Shown here piece after piece: positions 26,601-38,484 of a stretch of DNA of 64,000 bases. The translations under genes and the position numbers were made by a program. The DNA comes from Tubulanus polymorphus (lineage: Eukaryota > Animalia > Nemertea): the NCBI RefSeq assembly GCF_964204645.1, contig NC_134035.1, positions 186,001 through 250,000 on the forward strand, read 5' to 3'. The number at the start of each line of letters is the position of its first letter. Position 1 is the stretch's first letter. The notes beneath the pieces are model-generated. The model saw nothing but the letters and a program-made list of their open reading frames with translations, had not been told where the DNA came from and ran no database searches.

Positions 26601-26991
26601 GTTAGAGGACTCGATCCGTACACAAAGGCCAACAGTTAGAGGACTCGATCCGTACACAAAGGCCAACAGTTAGAGGACTCGATCCGTGCACAAAGGCCAA
26701 CAGTTAGAGGACTCGATCCGTGCACAAAGGCCAACAGTTAGGGGACTCGATCCGTGCACAAAGGCCAACAGTTAGAGGACTCGATCCGTGCACAAATGCC
26801 AACACTTAGAGGACTCGATCCGTGCACAAAGGCCAACAGTTAGAGGACTCGATCCGTACACAAAGGCCAACAGTTAGAGGACTCGATCCGTGCACAAAGG
26901 CCAACAGTTAGAGGACTCGATCCGTACACAAAGGCCAACAGTTAGAGGCCACTCGATCCGTACACAAAGGCCAACAGTTAGAGGACTCGAT
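20668..26991. repeat. Minisatellite, 34-bp unit GGACTCGATCCGTGCACAAAGGCCAACAGTTAGA with a 36-bp variant (GGCCACTCG...), ~185 copies
   Basis: Directly visible; no spacers; starts and ends with GGACTCGAT. Confidence 0.99.
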
Positions 26992-27032
26992 AAATAAGTA
27001 ATGAAATCGGGCGATAATGGTGATCGGTCATT

Positions 27033-27402
27033 TTATCTCCACGCCGATGTTGTTATGCTAAGCATTTTAATCGCAGTCATTTCATGCACATACATTTCAA
27101 ATTTTTCGGGTGGAATTGCGAACTGGAAATCGTTCCAGTCCGGTCCATTCTGACGCAAATTCGCTGGTGTCGTCGTTTTCACTGGTGTCGACTTCGTTTT
27201 CGATAAAGGTGACACTGACATATTCAACTTCATTCTCTTAGGCGGAGTCGACTTTTCCAACTCATCGCTCGATACTGAACTTGAGTCAAGTTTTAATTAG
27301 AAGTATGTTCAGTAATACAAGACGATAGATAGCAGTAAGATCCTAACCATCAGTGTCCATTTCCGTTGATTCATCCGCGAACGGATCGTAATCGGAATCC
27401 AT
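27033..27402 (-). CDS. Putative two-exon orphan ORF (~98 aa), possibly a truncated transposon-borne or captured gene
   Basis: Exon 27402-27348 (MDSDYDPFADESTEMDTD), GT..AG intron, exon 27274-27033 (SSDELEKSTPPKRMKLN...DWNDFQFAIPPEKFEMYVHEM...). Splice phases are compatible, and the ATG is preceded by a TTTCAG acceptor. Confidence 0.4.
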
Positions 27403-27430
27403 GCTGAAATGAAAGACATCAATACGTAAT

Positions 27431-27886
27431 CAATATTTCGCCAATTTGAGGCATTTTAGGGGGGTCTAAAAAAATATTTCTAGGGTACCGAGCGCTTTGA
27501 AACTTCTAGGGTACACGTATAAATATCTAATCTATCGCTGGAACATACGACACCGGATCTAAAAAATCATGGCTCAAAATGACTCCGAAAAAATCAATAT
27601 TTCGCCAATTTGAGGCATTTTAGGGGGGTCTAAAAAAAATATTTCTAGGCTACTGAGTGCTTTGAAACTTCTAGGGTACACGTATAAATATCTAATCTAT
27701 CGCTGAAACATACGACACCGGATCTCGGATCAACCAAAAAACCAGCGGCCCAAAATAACTAAAAAATGACAATATTTCAGGGTTTTTGGGGTATTAAAAA
27801 TATTTTTAGGGTACCGTGCATCCTGAAAATTGATAAACACACCTCAAAACATCTAATGTTATAGAAAATAATTTGACACCGGGTCT
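27431..27886. repeat. Three tandem ~165-175-bp repeats (two near-identical, third diverged)
   Basis: CAATATTTC...CACCGG(A/G)TCT blocks start at 27431, 27595 and 27770. Confidence 0.85.
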
Positions 27887-27954
27887 ATTAGTCTTTTCAA
27901 TAAAATTTTATTGAATTGGGACACAGTGACTTGCATTGAGCATTCATCCTATTC

Positions 27955-29281
27955 CGCGATCAATTCAATCTCGACCGTCTAGTGCTGCCGCTATGTATAA
28001 CGATAGCGTGGAAAACGTGAACTAACATAGTACTCGCTTGCCAGAGTCTTCGAACGGCAGGAGTGGACGAACTAATTACCGATTTGCGGGCCGGATTCCG
28101 AGGAAAATTCTTAAACTCTGAAAACTGCTCAGAAACGTTTGAACCAAACATTTGTTCTATAAAAGAATGAGCCTTAAAAAGTAAATTTGAATCGGGGTAT
28201 TTCTAGTATGGTCTGGGAGAGAGCGACAGGTGTTTGTATGTTCCCTGTTTATTTGCGCGCAAATAGAATATATCGAAGAAGAAATACGGAAAATTTGTCA
28301 ATTCAGATAATAAATCATCATTCAAAATGTAAATGAATAATATATTCTGTATGTAAGTACTATATTCATTGATAAGTAAGTGAATTTTAGCTAAAAAGAA
28401 TTAAATATGATACCTAAAAAATAAGGAAATATCATAAAAAATTCAGAACGTATTCATAGTATCATATTTAATCAGAATTAGACGCCACACTGGTCTGTAT
28501 TGTACGTAATAAGGACATTTAAATTCCGGCGGTAAATATGCGCTACTATTTTAGTTCACAGAAATTCCGCTATCGTTATTCGTAGGGGCAGCGCTGTACG
28601 GTAAATATCTAACTCAGCCTCGCAATCTTACTGTGGCATGCGAGTAATACAGATATTTTTCTTAGCCGAATTTCGTTCATTATCTAATACGATTCCATTG
28701 TATATGAATAATTCTACTATCGTTCAAGGTTTTTTGAAGGGAATCTTCTTTTTAAAACGAACTTCAAACCATTTTTGATAGAACTCTTTTGTCCGCGGAA
28801 TCTATTAGCATCCGGTAAAGCGGTAGGCTCACATGCCAAAGGAAGAATTTCAAGCAAATTAAATTTTATTCTCTAATATAGTACATTCAACTACCTCTAA
28901 CACTGTAACCAGAAAAAAATGCTCTGAAACTATTAAAGAAACAATTTTCTATGAAAGAATAAGGCTTAAGGGTAAATTTGAAGTCAAGTTCTCCCAATAT
29001 TCGTTCGTTTGTTTGTTTATCCTCCCGGTGAGTTCTAACACTGCCCACACATATTTATCCAGTTCATCTGATCCTGATCATCGAACTCAAAAGTCAATAA
29101 TTCCATCCTAAAGATGACAAACATCCTAAAAGATATAAATGAAACTTAATAGATTTGAGGCCACCAATCAGTTATACGGAGTTAGAGTTAAGTCTAATTA
29201 CCGGTGTATCAGAGAAATGGCAATCTAAAAGAAATTCTACTCACACTCACTAGCCCTTGTCTAGCAGTAATGGTAGTCCAC
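27955..29281 (+). repeat. Diverged partial copy of the macrosatellite unit
   Basis: Matches unit positions ~957-2533 with scattered substitutions and lacks the 237-bp segment 2242-2478. Confidence 0.95.
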
Positions 29282-29504
29282 TTGGCGTCATACTGAGAAT
29301 GCATGAAATTTTTTATACTGAATGTACACAATTATATTCAGTCTCCAACCAGTTTCTGTTGAGATAAGCAAAATCCAAGGGAAAAGATAACTGCATATTT
29401 ATCTATAAAGAATGCATTTAATTGTAAAGTATTTATTTTCTTGTAAATTGATATCAGTGAAAAACAAAGAGTCAGTTGATTTAAGTACAATACACGTAGT
29501 GCTG

Positions 29505-32500
29505 CTATTCTATATCAATTAAATTATCATCCACTTCATCTCCGTCTGACGGTGAACAATTAGTCAAAGACAAAACTTCCTCTTTTCGAAATAAACCACT
29601 TCGTTTTTCTTTCAGTAATTGACGATATTCTTTTCTTTGTCTTTGTCGTATTTCTTTTGTCTGTTGAGTTCGACGTTCTTTTGGATGTTTCTGTAAAACG
29701 GTATTAAACAATATCAGTAAATTATACCGAACATGAGGTGCTGGCATTACTAGACAATAGGTATCAAGGGTGGATCCAGTCTACCGGTTAAACGGTACTC
29801 ACGATTGTAGAAGTGACCAGTTCTATTTTACAAGTTATGGTAGAAGTAATTTAAAATGGTCAATTTGAATAATTGTAAATGTGTATAATTCTTATTTCTT
29901 TTATGAATAATTTTCCTTTAACACAAGTCAAAAATGTCAAATTTTGTGGATAAATGGAAGGATAGATTTCATGCCCCACATTGACTCTCAGAGATTGCAT
30001 CTCAGAGCCCCAAAAATTTTTAATTTTCTATGATATCGGTGCCCTGCCATAGCTGAGCAGTATTCAGAAACCGAGCCCCTAAATCCTGGACCCTGAAAAC
30101 ACAGATATTTCACTCTACAATACCGTAATGAAGGGGTGCAGGGGTCACAGATTAATGACCCCAAACGGTAGGGGTTCATATCGTTTACCTTGAGATGTTT
30201 TTTGTGAGTAGGTGAAGCAGTCGACGAACTACAGCTGCTGCTGCTGCTGCTGTTGCATCTATGATTCACAACTAATTCCACTGTTATATGCTGACGTAGA
30301 TATTCACGAACCATGTGAAGTTTTCGATCGTTTAAATCGTCCAAATCTAAAAATTAAACAATAACAGATCCGTAAGACACCTTTAACAAATATAAATTTA
30401 ACGATTTCAAACAGAGTTAGCCCATTTCAAAAACTTATTGATAATTATCAAATCCCAATTGCAACAATTTTTCATATCTATGGATAAAGGTACCCAATTG
30501 AAATTCAATTTCAATTTCAGATTTTCAGAAAACACGAAGGAATACATTACCTATTATAAATTCAGTATCAGTCGGTGAAACTCGAGCTTGTGGACTGATG
30601 ATTCCTATCACTTCTAACTGATCTCTCAGTTCTAATTGTTGGCTGATTATTTGGCTTAATTCTTCAATAGTCGTGAGCTGTTCATCATCGGACATCCCAG
30701 ACCTGAAAACATTGATAAGTGAGATGAGATTGGGCACCTACAAGGTTACTGTGGCAAGTGAAGATCCACCAGATGGTGCTCGTCCACAAATCAGTTTCGT
30801 CGACTTTTCACTACCAAACATTGACCGTAAATTTATCTCATATCTTTCTTGTTTCAGATCTACCTGAAAACTGAGTTCAAAGCTGATTGGGTCCAGGGTT
30901 GTTTGAAAACTACCCAGGGATGATTGCCAAGTTTCACTGTAAGAGGAAACTAGAGGCTTAAAAGTTCAGACAAAAAACAACCTCTTTTTCTGATCGACCC
31001 AATTTTTCTTGTGCTGATAGGCCTTTGGTGGAGACATATTCACAGTTCATAAACTCATGATGACAATTGTTTGAAATGCAAATCTTCAGAAGTATGCTCG
31101 AAGTGCAGATTTTGAAGAGCTAAAGAAACAACTAGATTCGATTGACAGATGAAACATGAACGCATTTAAGAGTGACAGAGCTTCTCTCCAAGAGTGCGCT
31201 GATAAATTCATTCCAAGAAAATAAGACCGACTGATAGTCATGCCATCTGTAGGGATAAACCTCAAAATGAATGTAATCTTTAATCCTGACACTTATTCAT
31301 ATTACGTGCGACAAATATGATAAGATTTAAGAATTTCAAGATACATTAATGTGGCACTTGTACTAACTCAAACAGCGGTTGTTAACGCTCATGAGTCTAC
31401 TAGAGTGCACAGATAGATGGAACTTCTAAAATAAGTTTCATAGAGTAATTCCTTAAAAAATACAAGAACCATGGCCCAGTTCCACAGTTGTGAGTTAGAG
31501 TTAAAACTAGTTGATTTTTAATGAGTTATCTCAGAGTCAAATCTTAACTCACAACTGTGGAACTGGACCCAGAAGATTTAGGACAAATAAGAATCAATGC
31601 GAAGCACTTACCAGGTTTTCTTATTGTTTCTGAAATGGATCGATGAGGCTATTGATTTGTTGATGCTGCTGTTATCATTTCTACACAAGACCTCGTGAGG
31701 ATGTGAGGTCGAAGGACGCGAGGTATTTTTTAACACTGATGACATTAAACCGTAATTACTACTGACTGCATCACCGGCGCCCCCTGTGTTGTTATTCCAT
31801 GGATCTAAAATATAGCATGTCACATGAATGAATTGAGCTGGATTTCAAGTAAATAACGACATTCTCTTCTCATATTCCAAGTCATTACAACACTGTGCAA
31901 CTGATTTCATATCACGCTGTCAATACTAACCTGTCATTTGGCAATCATCCAATAAATTCAATAAAGAACTATTCAGATGAACGGAGTCTTCGGGTAAAGG
32001 TAAAAGAGGGTCGTCGAATTCCGCATCGAAATCAAACAGTAAATCGTCGCTACATTCAGAACTCGCGACGCTTCCTGCAGACGTGCTACAACTTAATACA
32101 CGGTTCATCTGTCGAGTTTCCTCTCGAATTTGATCATTTTGATATTTTACCCTGAAATTATGCGAACAATAACAGTAAAATAATCGGACACATGCCTTAA
32201 TCCGTCGAGGCAATATCAAAAATAATCTGAATCAATCTGCAAGCACAGTACAGGTTGAGTGATAATCTGAGGTAAGCTTGTGATAATCCTAGGGGTGGTA
32301 AGTGCAGTCTACTTCACTTCGTTCGAGTGATTCATCCATACATACAGTAATTACAGCCCAATAGACTAACACCATTTGGACAATGAGAAACTTGATTTTA
32401 CTTAATGGGGAAACAAAAATGAGATACACTTGCGCGTTAAATAGATTCGGCATCATTTTAGTTCTTGTACTGCATTGTATACCGTCCTGTTAAACATACC

Positions 32501-33034
32501 TATCAATCTCCAATTCTAAATTCGTGATATCAAAATCGAAGTCTAATAAATTGTTTGTAGTATTATTGGTTGCGCTGGTGATCGGGTCGTCATTCAAGAT
32601 GTCATCTGTACTAAACATAACGTTAAACAGGTCTCCGCTAGTCGCTGTATTCCATGGACTATAAATAGAAAATCAATTATCTTACAAAACATCTTACTCA
32701 ATGTCAACATTCAAAACCATCATTATACAGAATAATGCCTACAATTTTGTTTGGGCATGACATTTGATATTGACAAGAACAACTCCAGAGCAAGCAGAAA
32801 TATCTGGGGATGAATTTTTTATTCCTATAATCTTCCATTTTTGATAACACTGCTTGCTTGGCAGTGTGGTATTAAGAAGCTCTTTTGCTCTTTAATGAGC
32901 AACCGTTTTAGCTGTGACATGATATGGGCGTATTGCGTACAGACTACAATGGAATGAAAAGCCGGTTCCCTCTCGTCGAGCTCGACTCACCTGCTGCTGG
33001 TGAATATACCGGCGTTACAATGGTCAGTCAACAT
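29505..33034 (-). CDS. FAM199X: FAM199X-like protein, 7 coding exons
   Basis: Exons 33034-32991, 32658-32500, 32151-31931, 31804-31612, 30702-30551, 30346-30189, 29690-29505, all GT-AG and phase-consistent. Motifs 'SVASSECSDDL', 'KTWSGMSDDEQ..IEELSQIISQQLELRDQLEVIGIISPQARVSPTDTEFIID', 'KEKRSGLFRKEEVLSL' resemble human FAM199X. Start codon is less certain. Confidence 0.85.
31089..31290 (+). pseudogene. Decayed CR1/L2-like LINE ORF2 fragment in a FAM199X intron
   Basis: Translation 'KYARSADFEELKKQLDSIDR*..FK..LQECADKFIPRK' resembles the endonuclease-RT linker; stops present. Confidence 0.35.
31473..31569. mobile_element. ~97-bp MITE, GGCCCAGTT..AACTGG(G/A)CC family (PIF/Harbinger-like)
   Basis: 25-bp TIRs GGCCCAGTTCCACAGTTGTGAGTTA / TAACTCACAACTGTGGAACTGGACC. 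Relatives at 34158, 46576, ~53720, 56821, 61218. Confidence 0.75.
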
Positions 33035-33708
33035 AATTACTGCAATCAGTCGTTATAATTAGAGATGTTGCTATAATTAACAGGTCATGTCGCACGGTAC
33101 TACACCAATTAAAAACACCACGAACGAAGATAGCAACACAACGCTGAATCAACGTGGATTTACTACGTCACACCAGCAAGCGGGTATCGTTATTTCCGGG
33201 TTTTAGTGTCATGCGCCACCGTATAGTGGCAGCACCTTACAGTCAGGAATTTGTCCAATTAGGGTTAGGGTTAGCTGCAAGTGCGCAGAATGGGACAGGC
33301 AACCAGTCTACTGAAGATAGAGACCGGTAACCAGTCTAGTTTGTCATCGAATAATTCATAGCTCATTCGTACAGTAATATTTCATATTTCATTATTCATT
33401 CGTTTGTTTTTCCTCTTAAATTGTCTTCATCCCATTATTGAGTAATGACGCAAAACATCGAGGAACTTGGAATGTTCTATTCTACATCCCAAGGTCGTTG
33501 AACTATCAATTCAATTAAATTCATTGACATTAGAATAGATGGAGTTTTGAAATAACTCTGATACCTCACCCTTCCATTTCTAATCTCAACTATTTTGACG
33601 GAAAAAGAATTATACTACCTCCTACCTATACTACTCTGCCCTGGACCAGGGGCAGGGAGAAGAAGCCACTCGTTAAAGACAGACATTTATCAATCAATCA
33701 ACAACGTC

Positions 33709-36408
33709 ATGGCAAATTTAGAGTTAGATCCAGTTTTTGTCAAGGCCCTTCGGCTTTTACATTCTAAAAGTAAAGAATCTACTGAACAGCTGAAACAAAT
33801 GATGTTTGATGCCATAAATCAGGTGCAGAAGAAATCGGGAACTAAGGTGATTAAGAAATTTATTTTAAAATTCTTGTAAGCGTAGAGAAAGTTTTTGACT
33901 CTCTAGTCTAAAGATTGCTTGAAATCAAATGAGATTATCAGGGAATTTTGGATTTCGTGATCTGTAAGAAACCTGTAATTTCTATTTCAGGATGAAGCAA
34001 ATAAATCACCATCGAATCGTACATCAGGAAAGTCTTCAGGACAAGGCACCAAGAATTCAGAGGTTGATTCGAATAATAAGAAAAAAGAGGCTGAAAAACG
34101 AAATTTCGATAAAGTGAGAATTGAATCGATATTTCAGGGGTATCGGGCTAATTCCAGGGCCCAGTTTAATAGATGGGTAATACCTTTAACCCAGGGGCAA
34201 CAAATGAATTTAGTTAACCCTTGGGTGTAAGGTAATACCGGTTTATTAAAATGGGCCCAGGGTATCGGCAATATTTCAGTCATTGATCGTCAAATCAAAA
34301 GGTTTTAAGATTAAAATCTATATCTTCTGTAATCAGTTGAAGCAGGATATCGCGGATTTTGCCTCAGCCACGCAGGATCAGGCCAAGAAAGCGAAACTAG
34401 ATACGTCAAAGTCATCATCCCATAGCCACAGCAGCAGCAGCAGCAGCGGTAGTGAGGTGAAAAAAGAGTCAAAAGATAAACCAGTTTATAAGGAATTCGA
34501 TATATTCAGCTCGTTGAAAGAAGTGAAAGAGAAACCTGTGACGAAAGAAAGATTAAAATCATCAAATATTCCTGAACAAAAGGTGATTTCATACTCAATC
34601 CCTCGTTCAAAAACTGGATTCAGAATCGGTTTTTCTAATCTACACTTGAAATATGGATATATTTTTCTATAAGAGATGATTGAATTTTGTTGTTTTTTTT
34701 TCGACAGACGCCTGAAGTGAAATCGCTTGCATCGACAAATAAAGAGAAATATCCACATCAAGATTCCGATACTGAAACTGATTCGTCTAATACTGATAAC
34801 GAACGAGGGATGGATGCTGATGATTTCGCTGTAGATATGGGCATCGCTTGTGTTGTATGCAGGTTAGTAACGCGTCTCAATTACTTCTTTTTAACAAGTC
34901 ATTTGCGAACTCAGTTTCATTAGATCTGGTGAAAATCAGTGAACAACTTCTTTGTCTCAACAACTTCAACCTCAAAAATATGTTCATCGATGTTATTAAG
35001 ATTGTAGCACTTTTTTTGACAGACAATTCGATGTTTCATCCGGGAATCAACTTGTCGAATGTCAAGAATGTCACAGTCTTTATCACCAGGTTAGATCGTA
35101 CTGATATCAATCTCATCGTTAATTCTGATACTGTTTTATTTCCGTTATAGTTTCAACTGTTGTTGTTTTCAGGAATGCCACAAACCTCCGGTCATCAATC
35201 AAGACGTCAATGATCCGAGATTTGTTTGGTATTGTTCGAAATGCCAGAAAAATCTCAAGAAAATGGTGAGTATTTTTGTTTCGAATATCTTTAAGAGACT
35301 CTTAAGGATCATTTGTGACCAGTGATTTGTATTTGGATTAGTGGCAATAGAAACTTTAATAGATTTGAATTAAGAAGAGTCAGCAGACATTCATATTGTT
35401 AGTTCTTAGATTAATCAGGGTTCTTGGCAAGTCTCAAAAATGCTTAAAGGTGCTAACTTGTGATAAAATACAAAAATAAAAGACTAACACTTTTGGCAAA
35501 AAAAAGAGCTTACTAGTGACACGGTTATTTTTTGGACAATTATGCGTTATGTTAACATTACTACTTTTGTCTTAGAAAAAGTGCTTATTTTTCCCTCACC
35601 TCTCACTTAGAAAAATTTCCCTCACCTCTCTATGAACTACCAGTAGATTGTTTATTGTTTTTCTAGGTGTCGAGTAAATCACAGAAAACGTCAAAATCGT
35701 CTGCACCAGCGCCATCTTCAATCAGTTCAACTACTTCGACTAGCAGTAGTAGTACGTTCAGTTTCCTTAAACAGCCAGCTACTAGTACCAGTAAACCAGC
35801 TGCTAAAACTGACTCATCAGTGTTACAACCATTCAAAAGAATTGATCCAGTCAAGGTAAGAATCAGTCTAAAGATTGAACACCACGTTTCCACTTCAAAG
35901 TTACAACTGGACAAATGGCTCCTGAGCGCTCTAAAACTGGTCCCTGAATTTTAGGTTACGCCCTGATATTATCATTTCTTTTTTATTTTTTAAGCCATCG
36001 TCGAATAAAGAATCTCCGACAGGAAGTCGACCGATGGGTCTCGCCGGTTTGGCCGCTAATTTATCGGGAAAATCACTCGATTCCGGTCGATCTAAAACCG
36101 GTGATTCGTCGACGCGATCCGGGAAAGACGGGAAATCACGCCTGGCGTCGAGTTCCGATTCGTCGAAATCAGCGATGTCTAAAACGACATCCGCAAGTGA
36201 TTTATTAGGATCGAAAAAATCGCTCGGAGGCAGCTCCAGCGGCGGGAACAGCAGCGGTCACTCAAAATCATCGAGCGCCAGTAATCTAATGCAGAAATCA
36301 ACGTTTCTCGTCGGCGCCGATAAAATCACCGAGAAAAAATATTCATCGGCGAAAAGCGATTCGAAAAAAAAACCTTCTTCGAGCGGCAGCAAAGATCGCA
36401 GAAAGTGA
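33709..36408 (+). CDS. INTS12: Integrator complex subunit 12 (PHD finger)
   Basis: N-terminus [32 protein letters not shown] finger [40 protein letters not shown], then Ser-rich tail with MGLAGLAA. Exons 33709-33846, 33991-34113, 34337-34582, 34708-34862, 35023-35089, 35173-35265, 35667-35855, 35995-36408. Confidence 0.93.
34158..34257. mobile_element. MITE with GGCCC/GGGCC termini and CAG TSD in an INTS12 intron
   Basis: CAG|GGCCCAGTTTAATA...TATTAAAATGGGCC|CAG. Confidence 0.65.
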
Positions 36409-36634
36409 AAACAATGAAAGATTAAAACTGTATTAATTTTGACGCGTCGTAGCTGCAGATTTGTGTTGTATTTAGTATGAAACGTTAAACAATAGGATTA
36501 ATTATTTCTAACACAGTTTGTTTATAGTTTTATACTCAGAAGTTCAACTTCCTTCACACATCACCGGGGCTTACTACAGTAGACTGGGCTTCATGCAGAT
36601 CCAATTGAAATTCAATTCAGATAGCTCTCTCTCT

Positions 36635-36869
36635 CTCTAGTCGGACAAAAAGACAAGAACGCAGTCTTTTCTCGATCAGATGGAGAATTTGTCCAGCCCC
36701 AGTGAGTTCATGTCTCTAGTCGGACAAAATTCGATTTGTCCTAAAAGACAAGAACGAAGTCTTTTCTCGATCAGATGGAGAATTTGTCCAGCCCCAGTGA
36801 GTTCATGTCTCTAGTCGGACAAAATTCGATTTGTCCTAAAAGACAAGAACGAAGTCTTTTCTCGATCAG
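36635..36869. repeat. Short tandem repeat (~79-95-bp unit, ~2.6 copies) between the convergent INTS12 and SERGEF 3' ends
   Basis: CTCTAGTCGGACAAAA recurs at 36635, 36714 and 36809. Confidence 0.85.
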
Positions 36870-36946
36870 AGTACAGCCCCCGAATTTAACGTTCATCTAT
36901 CTCGGCATCTGTTTACATATGGAATAATTCGCTGGAACCTGTTTAC

Positions 36947-38439
36947 TCATCCACAACCGGATAACGCGAACGAATGTCCACCTGAACATTCGATCATTAA
37001 CACATTTTTGTCTATGAAAGTTTTTACCGGTTCAGGCTTCGAAATATTCTCTTCATTTCCGTTACCACAAATACCGTGTTCATTCCATCCCCATGACAAC
37101 AGTTTACCACCGTCTGAAAAATAATGGATAGTTGTCAATTAGTCAGAAATTTCAGTAACTATGAACTCAATACAACCCTCAATGTACGCGATTTTCAACA
37201 ATCACTTTGACGGATGGTGGGTTTCGAAAAATTCAGCTATTTCATTTTGTATTGGGAAATTCTAATCATAGTTGAGATGAACCTCGACACTAGCGCTCAC
37301 GAGATGTACTTACTCGTCACAGCGAGATTATGTTCAGCACCACAACAGATATTGTACGAGATAAGATCAGGTATCTGTTTAATATTCCAATCACAGTGAC
37401 CTGTAGATACTTGTCGTCCTAGTTGATTATAGTTAGCACGACCCCAGCTATAAACAGCACCACTTTCTATATGAACGAAAATCAATAACGAGGGTCAGTA
37501 TCACAGAGGAGACTTCGATTAAAACCAGGTTCAGCTAATTTTCAGACAAAATTCAGGATCCAGTTCTAGATTTCAAAGTCAAATCCCCTGCTCCCGGCAG
37601 GTGTGGAGAGTTTGTAAGGGACACCGTCCCAATCAAAATTCTTAATTTGAATGATATCTACCATTCAAATAAATAACAGGGTCAATCCCTATTTTAAAAT
37701 ACCGGTAGTTCATTTTCAATATGAGACAAACCTTAACCGAGAACTGAGTCCTGACTGATTTAACGCATTTCTATCATACAACCGTGTAATAAAATCGTGA
37801 TTATTATTTGAAACCTACCAGTGGTGATAATATTATGCGTCCAGCCACAATGTATTGATTTCACAGTAAATGAAACTGGTATTTGAAGTGGTTTTGATAT
37901 CGATATCAGCTCACGTGTATCACATCCGAGCTGACCAAATTTATTACAACCCCAACCATAAAGTACACCATTATCTGAATAACAACAACAACAATATACA
38001 GTCTTTATACATGTAGGACATTCTATAAGTGCACGTGAGTTTATGAAGGTATGCAAGAGGGTCACTCTCCCCCACCCCCTACCCCCAATATATACTTAGT
38101 ATTCTTGTTCCCTTGTACTTTCTACGATGGACTCTTCATGACACCTTACAGCTGTAGTAGAAATCATTTGACCCCCAAATAAAGAAAAATCATTTTAGGG
38201 CGGATCCCTTTTTTATGCGTTTGCTTTTGTACAAAATATTGGAACCCCTCGAGGTGTGGTTTATTTGTACATTTCTAAAGGAATATAAACTAATGATGAT
38301 TCTAGTGTATTTGTTTTAACCAATGATCTACGTTTCACTCCAACCTGAAGCTTCGTTAAGAAAGAAGCCCAGTGATTTTACTGATGTTGTAATATATCCG
38401 GGTTTGCGATTTCATCTCAAATAAAAAGCCTTTAAACAC

Positions 38440-38484
<45 letters not shown>

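Noticed and set aside
20668-26991. CRISPR array (34-36-bp repeat length)
   Set aside because: No unique spacers, no cas genes, and a eukaryotic context.
33259-33274. TTAGGGTTAGGGTTAG telomere-like stretch
   Set aside because: Under three copies; at most a promoter element, not a telomere.
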